From: an uncultured Bacteroidia bacterium | GTDB taxonomy: Bacteria > Bacteroidota > Bacteroidia > J057 > CALAJH01 | Direction: 5' to 3' | Length of the DNA: 64,000 nucleotides | Assembly (NCBI GenBank): GCA_937922655.1 | Contig: CALAJH010000011.1 | Span: 100,257-164,256, forward strand | In this document: in pieces, positions 1-9,090 of the stretch | Numbering within the stretch: the stretch's first letter is position 1 | How the letters are laid out: each line of letters starts with the position of its first letter | Notes under the pieces: model-generated | Told to the model about the DNA's origin: nothing | Database searches by the model: none | The model's input: only the letters and a program-made list of their open reading frames with translations | Made by a program: the position numbers and the translations under genes

Positions 1-1036
1 GTTTTTTATTCACAACCGTATCAAAGGTTTGGTAGAAATTGCAAATATGATACAAAAGCTCGTCCCCGAAGCCCGGATTTGTATCGCCCATGGACAAATG
101 GACGGCGAACAGATCGAAAAAAACATGACGGCCTTCGTCGAACACGAGTACGACGTCTTGGTTTGCACTACGCTCGTTGAATCGGGTTTGGACATCCCCA
201 ACGCCAACACCATTATTATTGACGGTGCGCACAACTACGGTTTGAGCGACCTGCACCAAATGCGCGGACGCGTCGGACGTTCCAACCGCAAAGCGTTTTG
301 TTATCTGTTGGCTCCCCCCGTTATTGCCCGTACTTCCGAGGCCAACAAACGTTTGCAAGCCATCGAAGATTTTTCCGACCTCGGCGGTGGTTTTCAAATC
401 GCGATGCGAGACCTCGACATCCGCGGCGCCGGAGACATTCTCGGAAAAGAACAATCCGGTTTTATTACGGAAATTGGCTACGAATTGTACCAAAAACTCC
501 TTGAAGAGGCCGTGCGCGAGCTTAAACGCGAACGCCTCGGCGAAGACGACGACAACCCCGTTGCCGACGAGCGCGATTGTCAAGTCGATTTGGACGTCGA
601 ATTGCGCATTCCCGCCGAATATATTCCCAACGTTGCCGACAGACTCAACTACTATCAACGCCTAAGCAACGCGACCGAAGAAAAAGATTTACAAACGGTC
701 ATGAAGGAAATGATTGACCGTTTTGGCGTCCTCCCCCCCCAAGTTACGGCTTTGGCCGACGTCGTGCGCATACGCGAACTCGGAAAAAAATGTCAATTTG
801 AAAAAATTACGCTAAAAAACAATAATTTTACGGTCTCGTTGCCGTCCAATCCCCAAGACCCTTTTTATTCGGGGCCGGAATTTCAACGGTTGATGGGGTT
901 TATCCAAGGTCAAAAGCGGCGTTTTCAACTTAAACAGACGGGAAAAACTTTGTTGCTTGTTTCCAAAGGGGTGGAAACGTTGTGCGACGTTTGGGTGTTG
1001 ATGAATGACATTTGTCAGGCGATGAGTAAAAAATAG
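1..1036 (+). CDS. mfd: Transcription-repair coupling factor, C-terminal part (5' truncated by window edge)
   Basis: Helicase motifs AHGQM, VLVCTTLVESGLDIPNANT, LHQMRGRVGRS, TRG motif RDLDIRGAG, followed by the TRCF C-terminal domain (IPAEYI..RLNYYQRL). Confidence 0.97.
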   Translation, partial: FFIHNRIKGLVEIANMIQKLVPEARICIAHGQMDGEQIEKNMTAFVEHEYDVLVCTTLVESGLDIPNANTIIIDGAHNYGLSDLHQMRGRVGRSNRKAFCYLLAPPVIARTSEANKRLQAIEDFSDLGGGFQIAMRDLDIRGAGDILGKEQSGFITEIGYELYQKLLEEAVRELKRERLGEDDDNPVADERDCQVDLDVELRIPAEYIPNVADRLNYYQRLSNATEEKDLQTVMKEMIDRFGVLPPQVTALADVVRIRELGKKCQFEKITLKNNNFTVSLPSNPQDPFYSGPEFQRLMGFIQGQKRRFQLKQTGKTLLLVSKGVETLCDVWVLMNDICQAMSKK

Positions 1037-1037
1037 T

Positions 1038-2744
1038 ATGGAAAAGTTGTACGTACTTTTTGTAGACGATGAAACGACGGTGCTTAATTCCATACGCCAC
1101 GAACTGAGCGCCGAGTTGGGGCCCGAGTACGTCATCGAAACGGCGGACTCCGCCGAACTCGCTCTCGAAATCTTCGACGAACTTCGCGACGACGGACGCG
1201 AAATCGCCGTCGTTGTCTCCGACCAACTTATGCCGCGTATGAAAGGAGACGAATTTTTGATTCGCATTCATCGCTTTGCCCCCGAAATCAAAAAAATTTT
1301 GCTTACCGGCCAAGCAAGCGCCGAAGCCGTCGGCAACGCCGTCAATCACGCCGGCCTTTACAACTTTATCGCCAAACCGTGGCGACAAGGCGACCTCTCC
1401 ATGACCGTCAAAAACGCTTGCAACGCCTACAAAACCGAGCGTAACCTCCGCGAAAAGCAAAAGCTCATGGCCGACGTCGAACGTTACGTACGGGTCTTGT
1501 CCGAAGAGATTCGTCTCTTTCCGTGGATGGAAAAAATGCTTCGTCGAATCGTCAAGGACGCCGAATGTTCCCGGGCGCTGTTTTACGTCACGGTGAACAA
1601 TCAATCGTTTTTTCTGCAATGCGACGTCAACGGCGATATTTTGGTGCAGGAAATCAACAAAAAAGAATTTGCGGCCCGTTTCCCGGCTTTGGTTTTCGAC
1701 CGCGTCGCGGAATCGTTACAGCCGTTTTTGTACGATTCCGACCGTCAGGGCGTGCCTGCCGAATGGTCGCTTTTAGGTTCGTTTTATTGCATTCCCTTTG
1801 AACGCAAAGAACGATGCGTGGCCGTGCTTTATCTCGAATCGCCCAAAAAACGCGGTCATTTTACCCCCAAGCGCATCGAATTTATCAATACCGTCGTTAC
1901 CCAAGCCGCCGTTTCTTTGGAAAACGCAATGCTTTATGAAGCGGCCGAGCAGAGAGTACGGGACCGCTCGCGGCTTTTGGACCTCAAAAACCGTGATGTT
2001 GAGGCGGGGGTCGAATACGCCCGCAAAATTCAATACGCCATTTTGCCCGACCCTGCCGGCCTCGAAAAATATTTTTCCAAAGCCTTTGTTTGGTACGAAG
2101 CCAAAGACGTGGTCAGCGGCGATTTTTATTGGTTCGGAGAAAAAGGAGGGTTTGTTTTTTTGGCGGCCGTCGATTGTACGGGCCACGGCGTTCCGGGCGC
2201 CTTTATGAGCGTGCTTGGTTACGCCCTGCTCAACCAAATCATCATGGAAAACAACATCCTCGAAACCGACAAAATTCTTTCGGCCCTTCACCAACGGGTC
2301 TTCGCCATGCTTTCCAAAAAACAAAAGGAAAAAGACCAACTCGACGGCATGGACGTTGCCTTGTGCCGCTTCGACCTCAAAAAAAACCTCTTGCAGTTTT
2401 CCGGCGCCAACCGTCCCCTTCTCCATTACGGCCTTCAAGGCATGACCGAGTACAAACCCTATCGCTTTGCCGTCGGTTCTTCGCAAGAAAATCCCGCCTT
2501 CGGCGCCGAAAACATCAAATTCACCCCCGGCGACGCCGTTTATCTTTTCACCGACGGTTTAGGCGAACAAATCGGCGGCGACAAACGTCAAAAATTCTCT
2601 TATCGCCGCGTGGTCGATTTGCTCGAACTCAATGCCGGCGAACCCATTGAAAAACAAAAACAAAAAATCATCGAGGCTTACAACGATTGGCGCGGAAACA
2701 ACGCTCAGACCGACGATCTGCTCGTTATCGGCGTCAAACCCTAG
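1038..2744 (+). CDS. Response-regulator receiver + GAF-like + PP2C/SpoIIE serine phosphatase
   Basis: REC motifs LFVDDE, VSDQLMP, LLTG, FIAKPW; GAF-like end QAAVSLENAMLY; SpoIIE motifs VSGDFYW, DCTGHGVPGAFMS, DGMD, FTDG, QTDD. Confidence 0.92.
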   Translation: MEKLYVLFVDDETTVLNSIRHELSAELGPEYVIETADSAELALEIFDELRDDGREIAVVVSDQLMPRMKGDEFLIRIHRFAPEIKKILLTGQASAEAVGNAVNHAGLYNFIAKPWRQGDLSMTVKNACNAYKTERNLREKQKLMADVERYVRVLSEEIRLFPWMEKMLRRIVKDAECSRALFYVTVNNQSFFLQCDVNGDILVQEINKKEFAARFPALVFDRVAESLQPFLYDSDRQGVPAEWSLLGSFYCIPFERKERCVAVLYLESPKKRGHFTPKRIEFINTVVTQAAVSLENAMLYEAAEQRVRDRSRLLDLKNRDVEAGVEYARKIQYAILPDPAGLEKYFSKAFVWYEAKDVVSGDFYWFGEKGGFVFLAAVDCTGHGVPGAFMSVLGYALLNQIIMENNILETDKILSALHQRVFAMLSKKQKEKDQLDGMDVALCRFDLKKNLLQFSGANRPLLHYGLQGMTEYKPYRFAVGSSQENPAFGAENIKFTPGDAVYLFTDGLGEQIGGDKRQKFSYRRVVDLLELNAGEPIEKQKQKIIEAYNDWRGNNAQTDDLLVIGVKP

Positions 2745-3732
2745 ACTTAACCCGTTCCAACGCCCCCGCCGCCGCCCAAATCGGAACCTCCACGTTGTAA
2801 ACCGCCTTGCCCGTTCTTTCCAGCAATGTAAAAAGCGCCTTTCCCGCTTCGTTTTTTTTGTCTTTGGACATCAACGATTCCATGGCGTGCATCGAAAAAT
2901 TCGACAACGGCGGCATGTATTTTCTTAATTTTTCGACTATCGTTTCGGCTTCGATGGAATCCAGCCCCGCAAATTCGACCGAAAGCAGGGTTTCGGCGGC
3001 CATACCCCACGCCACCGCCTCGCCGTGAAGCAGGCCCGTGTCCATGAGCAGGCCCTCGATTGCATGACCGACGCTGTGGCCGAAATTCAAGATTTTTCGC
3101 AAGCCTTTTTCCGTCGGGTCGCTTTCGACCACCGCCGTTTTGATTTCGTACGACCTGCGTATCAACGCTTCGTCGTCGAGGTTTTCCGCTTGAAAAAAAT
3201 AGTCCGCGTCGCAAACCAAGCCGTGTTTGAGGACTTCGGCCATACCCGCGCGACGTTGGCGTTCGTCGAGCGTGGCAAGAAAGCGTGTGTCGTAGAACAG
3301 AAATTCGGCTTCGGCAAAGGCGCCGATAATATTTTTTGCCGTTCCGATGGACGTAGGCAAATCGACGGCCGTTTTTCCGCCGATGCATGCATCCGCCATG
3401 GCCAAGAGGGTCGTCGGTACGAAAACAAAAGGGGCGCCGCGCATCCATGTCGCCGCCGCAAAACCCACGAGGTCGGTGGTCATTCCCCCGCCGACGGCGA
3501 CGACGGTCGTTTTTCGCTCGGCGCCCGAGTCCCAAAGGTATTGCCAAAAACGTTCCGTTTCGCGAAGGGTTTTGTGTTTTTCTCCCGACCGAACGAGGTA
3601 AACCGGCTCAAAATCGACAAATTTTTTTTGATGAAGGCTATAAACGTTTTCGTCGACGGCGATTCGTCGGTTTTTCGACAAGAGTCCGGACAAATCTTTT
3701 TCGAGGCGTCCGAAGCGTAAGGGTGCGGACAT
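2734..3732 (-). CDS. aroB: 3-dehydroquinate synthase
   Basis: GEKHKT, GGGMTTDLVGF, PTTLLAMADACIGGKTAV, KNIIGAF, LNFGHSVGHAIE, DKKN motifs. Confidence 0.95.
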   Translation of the reverse strand: MSAPLRFGRLEKDLSGLLSKNRRIAVDENVYSLHQKKFVDFEPVYLVRSGEKHKTLRETERFWQYLWDSGAERKTTVVAVGGGMTTDLVGFAAATWMRGAPFVFVPTTLLAMADACIGGKTAVDLPTSIGTAKNIIGAFAEAEFLFYDTRFLATLDERQRRAGMAEVLKHGLVCDADYFFQAENLDDEALIRRSYEIKTAVVESDPTEKGLRKILNFGHSVGHAIEGLLMDTGLLHGEAVAWGMAAETLLSVEFAGLDSIEAETIVEKLRKYMPPLSNFSMHAMESLMSKDKKNEAGKALFTLLERTGKAVYNVEVPIWAAAGALERVKSRV

Positions 3733-5333
3733 TAGGTTTGAATCACGCCGAGTTTGTAGCTTTTGCGAATGGGGGCGTGGTTGGCGGCCTCAATGCCCGC
3801 GGAAATGATTTTGCGTGTTTGCCGGGGGTCGATAATGCCGTCCACCCACAACCGTGCCGCCGCATAATACGGCGAAAGCTGTGCGTTGTAACGGGCGGTG
3901 ATGGTCTCCAGAAGTTGGGCTTCTTTTTGCGGGTCGATGGTTTCTCCTTTTTTTTCGAGCGCCGCCACCTGTATTTGCAAGAGCGTTTTGGCCGCTTGCA
4001 TTCCGCCCATGACCGCGATTTGCGCCGACGGCCATGCGTAAATCAAGCGCGGGTCGTAGGCTTTGCCACACATCGCGTAGTTGCCCGCGCCGTAAGAGTT
4101 GCCCACCACGAAGGTCAATTTCGGAACGACGGAGTTGGACATTGCATTGACCATTTTCGCCCCGTCCTTAATGATGCCGCCGTGTTCGGAACGACTGCCG
4201 ACCATAAAACCCGTTACGTCTTGCATAAACACCAAAGGAATGCGCTTTTGGTTGCAGTTCATGATGAAGCGGGCCGCTTTGTCGGCGGAATCGGAATAAA
4301 TCACGCCCCCGAATTGCATTTCGCCTTTGCGTGTTTTGACGACAAGGCGCTGATTGGCTACAAAACCCACGGCCCATCCGTCCACCCGCGCCAAGCCGCA
4401 AACGATGGTTTTTCCGTAGCCCGCTTTGTATTCGACGAAACTGCCCGCGTCGTAGACGCATTTGAGCAGTTCGTTCATGTCGTAGGGTTTGATGCGGTCG
4501 TCGGGCAGAATGTCGAAAATTTTTTCGGCCGGGTATTCGGCTTCGACGGGCGCCTTGCGGTTAAAGCCGGCTTTGGGGGCTTCGGCGGCTTTGTCGAGGA
4601 GGGCTTTGACGGTATCCAGACACTCGCGGTCGTTTTTCATTTTGTAGTCGGTAACGCCCGAAATTTCGGAATGGGTAACGGCCCCGCCGAGCGTTTCGTT
4701 GTCGACGTCCTCGCCGACGGCGGATTTGACCAAATACGAGCCGGCCAAAAACACCGAACCCGTTCCTTCGACGATAAGCGCCTCGTCGGACATGATGGGC
4801 AAATAGGCGCCGCCCGCCACGCACGGCCCCATGATGGCCGCAATTTGTATGATGCCTTCGGCGCTCATGACGGCGTTGTTGCGGAAAATGCGTCCGAAAT
4901 GGTCTTTGTCCGCAAAAACCTCGGATTGCATGGGCAAATAAACGCCCGCGCTATCGACCAAATAAACGATGGGCAGTCGGTTTTCGATGGAAATTTCTTG
5001 GGCGCGTAGATTTTTTTTGCACGTCATGGGGAACCAAGCGCCCGCTTTGACGGTCGCGTCGTTGGCGACAATCACACAGGTACGGCCCGAAACTTTGCCG
5101 ACGACCACGACCACGCCCGCCGACGGGCAACCGCCCTCGTCGGCATACATTTCGTCGGCGGCAAGGGCGCCGATTTCGACGGCGTCTTCGGGGGCGTCGA
5201 GCAGGTATTCGATGCGTTCGCGGGCCGTCATTTTGCCTTTTTCTTTGTGTTTTTTGACGGCGGCGGGGCCTCCACCCGCGCGAACGGCGGCAAGTTTGGC
5301 ATTTAACGTTTCAATGGCGGCGATAAGGCTCAT
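3732..5333 (-). CDS. Acyl-CoA carboxylase carboxyltransferase beta subunit (methylcrotonyl-CoA carboxylase-like)
   Basis: GKMTARERI, ANDATVKAG, LVDSAGVYLP, GPCVAGGAY, QDVTGFMVG, GNSYGAGNYAMCG, AARLWVDGIIDP. Confidence 0.93.
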   Translation of the reverse strand: MSLIAAIETLNAKLAAVRAGGGPAAVKKHKEKGKMTARERIEYLLDAPEDAVEIGALAADEMYADEGGCPSAGVVVVVGKVSGRTCVIVANDATVKAGAWFPMTCKKNLRAQEISIENRLPIVYLVDSAGVYLPMQSEVFADKDHFGRIFRNNAVMSAEGIIQIAAIMGPCVAGGAYLPIMSDEALIVEGTGSVFLAGSYLVKSAVGEDVDNETLGGAVTHSEISGVTDYKMKNDRECLDTVKALLDKAAEAPKAGFNRKAPVEAEYPAEKIFDILPDDRIKPYDMNELLKCVYDAGSFVEYKAGYGKTIVCGLARVDGWAVGFVANQRLVVKTRKGEMQFGGVIYSDSADKAARFIMNCNQKRIPLVFMQDVTGFMVGSRSEHGGIIKDGAKMVNAMSNSVVPKLTFVVGNSYGAGNYAMCGKAYDPRLIYAWPSAQIAVMGGMQAAKTLLQIQVAALEKKGETIDPQKEAQLLETITARYNAQLSPYYAAARLWVDGIIDPRQTRKIISAGIEAANHAPIRKSYKLGVIQT

Positions 5334-6496
5334 TTCTTTTTGCGTTTATTTTTTTTGAGCATGACGGGGTCGGGACCGTCGAGTTTGGGACGCGGCGGCG
5401 GCAAGACGTCGTCGTCGGTTTGAATCAATTCTTCGACGCGCGAGCGCCGAAACTTTGGCGGACGGTTGAGGTCGACGCCCATTTCGTAGACGCGCGTTTT
5501 TTCTTTAAGCGCGTTTCGACGCAACTCTTCGGGGTCGTATTTTTCCAGCGTTGGCTCGTAGACGCGAACGTTTCGGTAGGGGGTAAAGTAGCCCTTGCGA
5601 AGCTCGTAGATTTTTTTGACGAACTCCCATCCGTCGTACGAGCCGTCAATGCCCCGGGGGCCGACTTTTTTGCCGTCTTCGAGGTGGTCGACGATAATCA
5701 TTTTTCGCCGCTTGTTTTCCATACCTACGTAGGCTTCCCCGTAATTGAGGTTGAAGGGCGAATTTTGACTGTACTGATACACCAAACGACATTTCATACC
5801 GTTTTTGGCGTAAAAAATCGGTACGCCAAAATAGACTTTGTTGGAATCTTGGGGGTCGAAGGCGACGACGTCGGCGATTTTATAGTCCGTGCCGCGTTTG
5901 TAGCCGTTCCAACCCAAAACGACGTAATAGCGCAATTTTCCCTTGATTTTTTTCGACAGCCGCTCCTGATAGCGTCCGTCAAAGGAAAGCACGCCGTATT
6001 CGGTGTTGCGCGGGTGATAGTAAAGGGCGCCGTACCATTCGGTGTGGGGCACGATGAGCGCGTCGAAGCGCGGAATTTTGTGAATTTCCGTACGTTGGAT
6101 TAAAGGAATAACGAATATTTTCGGATTTTCGCCTTTGACGGCCGGGAACCGGCGTTGTATCATTCCATAGTACGTGTAATTTTCTTTGGAATTGACCAAC
6201 GTGTCTTTGTCCACGAGCGTCCACGTGAATATGCGAAAGCTGTTGTCTTGAGGCCGAATAATCGAAACGGTTTTGAGCGAATCGAAGGGATAGTCGAAAC
6301 TTTCGGGGCGTAAAAGGGTTTGGCGCAAAAGGGTCATGAACGTTTGGTTCAGCTCTTTTTTGTAGGCCAAAGAGTCGTGTTTGAGAATTTCCTCGCCCAT
6401 TCGGGCGAGTTTTTTTTCCACCAACGGCAACTCGGAGCCTTGCGCCCACAGCGTTTGCGTCCATGCCAAGATTATCGCGACGACGATGTTTGCCAA
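5330..6496 (-). CDS. Exported hypothetical protein
   Basis: 388-aa ORF with signal-peptide-like N-terminus (..TLWAQ), 4-bp overlap with the downstream carboxylase gene; no motif recognised; TTG start uncertain. Confidence 0.75.
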   Translation of the reverse strand: MANIVVAIILAWTQTLWAQGSELPLVEKKLARMGEEILKHDSLAYKKELNQTFMTLLRQTLLRPESFDYPFDSLKTVSIIRPQDNSFRIFTWTLVDKDTLVNSKENYTYYGMIQRRFPAVKGENPKIFVIPLIQRTEIHKIPRFDALIVPHTEWYGALYYHPRNTEYGVLSFDGRYQERLSKKIKGKLRYYVVLGWNGYKRGTDYKIADVVAFDPQDSNKVYFGVPIFYAKNGMKCRLVYQYSQNSPFNLNYGEAYVGMENKRRKMIIVDHLEDGKKVGPRGIDGSYDGWEFVKKIYELRKGYFTPYRNVRVYEPTLEKYDPEELRRNALKEKTRVYEMGVDLNRPPKFRRSRVEELIQTDDDVLPPPRPKLDGPDPVMLKKNKRKKK

Positions 6497-6574
6497 GCTT
6501 GACTTATTGTGGCGCTAATATACGCCGGTTTGCGGAATAAGTATGGAATTAACGCAGGGTTTTTGACGACGCTT

Positions 6575-8947
6575 TCAACCTTTTCGCACTTCAACCCGTC
6601 CGTCTTTTTCGAGGATTTCGATGGCGCGTTGAAGGGTTTTGTCGGCGTCGGCGTCGGAAAGGGTCTTTTTTTCGTCCCACATCGTCATCGAAAGCGCGTA
6701 ACTCGGTCTGCCCCCGTCTTGGGGCCGATAAACGTCGAAAAGCTTCACTTCCTTTATCAACTTGGGATTGGCCGAACGCACCAGTTTTTCGATTTCGGCA
6801 TAAGCGATATCGCCGACAAAAAGGCTCAAGTCCCGTTGAACGGATGGGAATTTGGGAATCTCTTGAAAAACGGGGTAAGGAGCGGGCTTGATTTTTTCCA
6901 ATCCGATTTGAGCGAAAAACACCGGACCGCGCACCTCGTGTTCTTTGAGCGCCGATTCGCGCAAGGCGCCCAAACGCCCCAAAACGCTTCCGTCGGCCGA
7001 AACACATTTCATGCCGTATTCCCATTCGTATTCTTGGGCAAAAGTCTCGTATTTGACGACGACGGCCGTTAGGGCGAAAAGCCGCTCGACGGCGCGTTTG
7101 AGCGTGAAAAAGTCGGTTTCGCGCGGCGGCGTTTTCCAGTGTTGGGGGCCGCTTGTCCCGGCGACGAGTATGCCCAAAACCGTCTCTTCATCGTATTCGT
7201 CTTGGTTTTTGCGATAAATTTTGCCGATTTCAAAAAATTTGGGCGCGACGGCCTTGCGGTTTTGGTTGTAGGCCAAAACCTCGAGCGAAGTGTAAACCAA
7301 AGATTTTCTCAATACCGCGTGGTCTTCGGAAACGGCGTTGACCACCGCCGCCGAATCGGCTTCTTTTTTTCGGGCGGGGATGAGCGAATTGGTTCGGATT
7401 TCACGAAAACCGTCGGCGGCCAGATAGTCGGCCAAACGATGACGAAAGTCGTAAACGTCGTTGGGCGCTGCGGGGTAAATACAAAAAACCTCGCCGACGC
7501 GCGAACGGTTGATTCCCCAAATGCGCACAAACTCTTCGCACAGGTCTTGTTCGCGGGTAACGTCGGTGCGGTAACGCGGCACCACGGCGCGAATACGGCC
7601 CTTATCGGCGGGGCGGCATTCGATTTCCAAACGCGAAAAAACGTCGATAAAATCGGTGTCGGTGATGTTGGGGTCGCCGATAAGCCTGCGGGCGCGTTCA
7701 AAGTCGAATTCGATGTTTTTGGGGGTCAAGTCGGTAAAGACTTGGTCGTCGGGGTCGGAGACGGTCCCGCCCGCCCATTGAGTAACGAGCCAAGCGACCC
7801 GCGCAAGGGCGAAAACCGTTATCGCGGGATCGGTTCCGCGCTCGAAGCGATACGACGTCTCGGAATGCACCTGCGTCCGCCGCGCGGTTTTTCTTATCGC
7901 CGACGGCAAAAAATACGCCGATTCCAAAAAAACGTTTTCGGTGGCTTCGGTAACCCCGCTGTTTTCGCCCCCCATGACCCCCGCAATACACAAGGGTTCG
8001 TGGGCGTCGCCGATAACCAAATCCTCGGGGCCGACGACCGACGTTTTCCCGTCCAAACGTTTGAAAATCGTTTCGGCGGACGGGGTTTGAACCACGATTC
8101 CGACACGGATTTTGTCGCGGTCGAAGGCGTGAAGCGGCTGGCCGATTTCCAGCATGACGTAGTTGGTGGCGTCGACCACGCAATTGATGGAACGTTGGCC
8201 GACGGCTTCGAGTCTACGACGATATTTTTCCGGCGTGGGACCGACGCGCACGCCGTCGATGGTCATGCCCGAATAACGCAAACAACGGGTTCGGTCTACG
8301 ACCTTTACAGGGACGGGACAAGGACGGTCGCCCGCAAATTCAACGATTTCGGTAGGCTTTCGGATTTTTCGGTGAAGGAAGGCGGCCAAATCGCGGGCCA
8401 CGCCGTAATGAGAAAGCGCATCGGAACGATTGGGGGTAACGCCGATGTGAAAAACAACGTCGGTATAAACGTTCAAGGCGGTGGCGGCCGGCGTTCCGGC
8501 GGGCCAATGCTCGTCCAAAACGAGGATGCCGTCGTGTCCCGTTCCCAATCCCAGTTCGTCTTCGGCGCAAATCATTCCCTCGGACTCCACGCCGCGTATT
8601 TTCGAGCGTTTGAGCGTCAGCGCCGGGCCGTCGACGGGATAGAGCGTCGTGCCGACGAGGGCGACGGCAACGGTTTGTCCGGCGGCGACGTTCGGCGCCC
8701 CGCAAACGATGGACAAGGGTTTTTCGTTGCCGACGTTCACCGAACAAATACGCAGACGGTCGGCGCCGGGGTGGGCATCGACGCTTTCCACCTTGCCGAC
8801 GACCACCCCCGCCAACGCGCCGCGCACGGACTCGTATTTCTCAATGGCTTCCACCTCCAAGCCCACGCTCGTGAGCGCGTCGGCGATGAATTCGGGCGCT
8901 TCATCGATTTCGACAAAGTCCCGAAGCCAGTCGAGCGAAATTTTCAT
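6575..8947 (-). CDS. pheT: Phenylalanine--tRNA ligase beta subunit
   Basis: MKISLDWL, HPGADRL, IVCGAPNV, RGVESEGMIC, TPNRSD, GQPLHAFD, SYRFERG, C-terminal FDX-ACB (KFPSVQRDL, LFDVY). Confidence 0.98.
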   Translation of the reverse strand: MKISLDWLRDFVEIDEAPEFIADALTSVGLEVEAIEKYESVRGALAGVVVGKVESVDAHPGADRLRICSVNVGNEKPLSIVCGAPNVAAGQTVAVALVGTTLYPVDGPALTLKRSKIRGVESEGMICAEDELGLGTGHDGILVLDEHWPAGTPAATALNVYTDVVFHIGVTPNRSDALSHYGVARDLAAFLHRKIRKPTEIVEFAGDRPCPVPVKVVDRTRCLRYSGMTIDGVRVGPTPEKYRRRLEAVGQRSINCVVDATNYVMLEIGQPLHAFDRDKIRVGIVVQTPSAETIFKRLDGKTSVVGPEDLVIGDAHEPLCIAGVMGGENSGVTEATENVFLESAYFLPSAIRKTARRTQVHSETSYRFERGTDPAITVFALARVAWLVTQWAGGTVSDPDDQVFTDLTPKNIEFDFERARRLIGDPNITDTDFIDVFSRLEIECRPADKGRIRAVVPRYRTDVTREQDLCEEFVRIWGINRSRVGEVFCIYPAAPNDVYDFRHRLADYLAADGFREIRTNSLIPARKKEADSAAVVNAVSEDHAVLRKSLVYTSLEVLAYNQNRKAVAPKFFEIGKIYRKNQDEYDEETVLGILVAGTSGPQHWKTPPRETDFFTLKRAVERLFALTAVVVKYETFAQEYEWEYGMKCVSADGSVLGRLGALRESALKEHEVRGPVFFAQIGLEKIKPAPYPVFQEIPKFPSVQRDLSLFVGDIAYAEIEKLVRSANPKLIKEVKLFDVYRPQDGGRPSYALSMTMWDEKKTLSDADADKTLQRAIEILEKDGRVEVRKG

Positions 8948-8951
8948 GCCG

Positions 8952-8959
8952 CAAAATTA
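8952..8959 (-). promoter_or_regulatory. Bacteroidota sigma-70 -7 element (TAATTTTG) for pheT
   Basis: Matches TAnnTTTG; 4 nt upstream of the pheT ATG. Confidence 0.7.
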
Positions 8960-9075
8960 GCAAGAATCGAGCATGCCGCGTCCGTGCGGGCCCGGGAATT
9001 TCGCATCGACGTCGACGCCTGCCGGCCGTTTCTCGTCTCCTATCGGACATGCCGATGGGTTTGGCGAAAATGGCG

Positions 9076-9083
9076 TAACTTTG
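9076..9083 (+). promoter_or_regulatory. Bacteroidota -7 element (TAACTTTG) for carB
   Basis: Matches TAnnTTTG; 7 nt upstream of the carB ATG. Confidence 0.7.
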
Positions 9084-9090
9084 CGTTGGT

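Noticed and set aside
6-14. DnaA-box match TTATTCACA
   Set aside because: Lies inside the mfd coding sequence (FIHN), isolated
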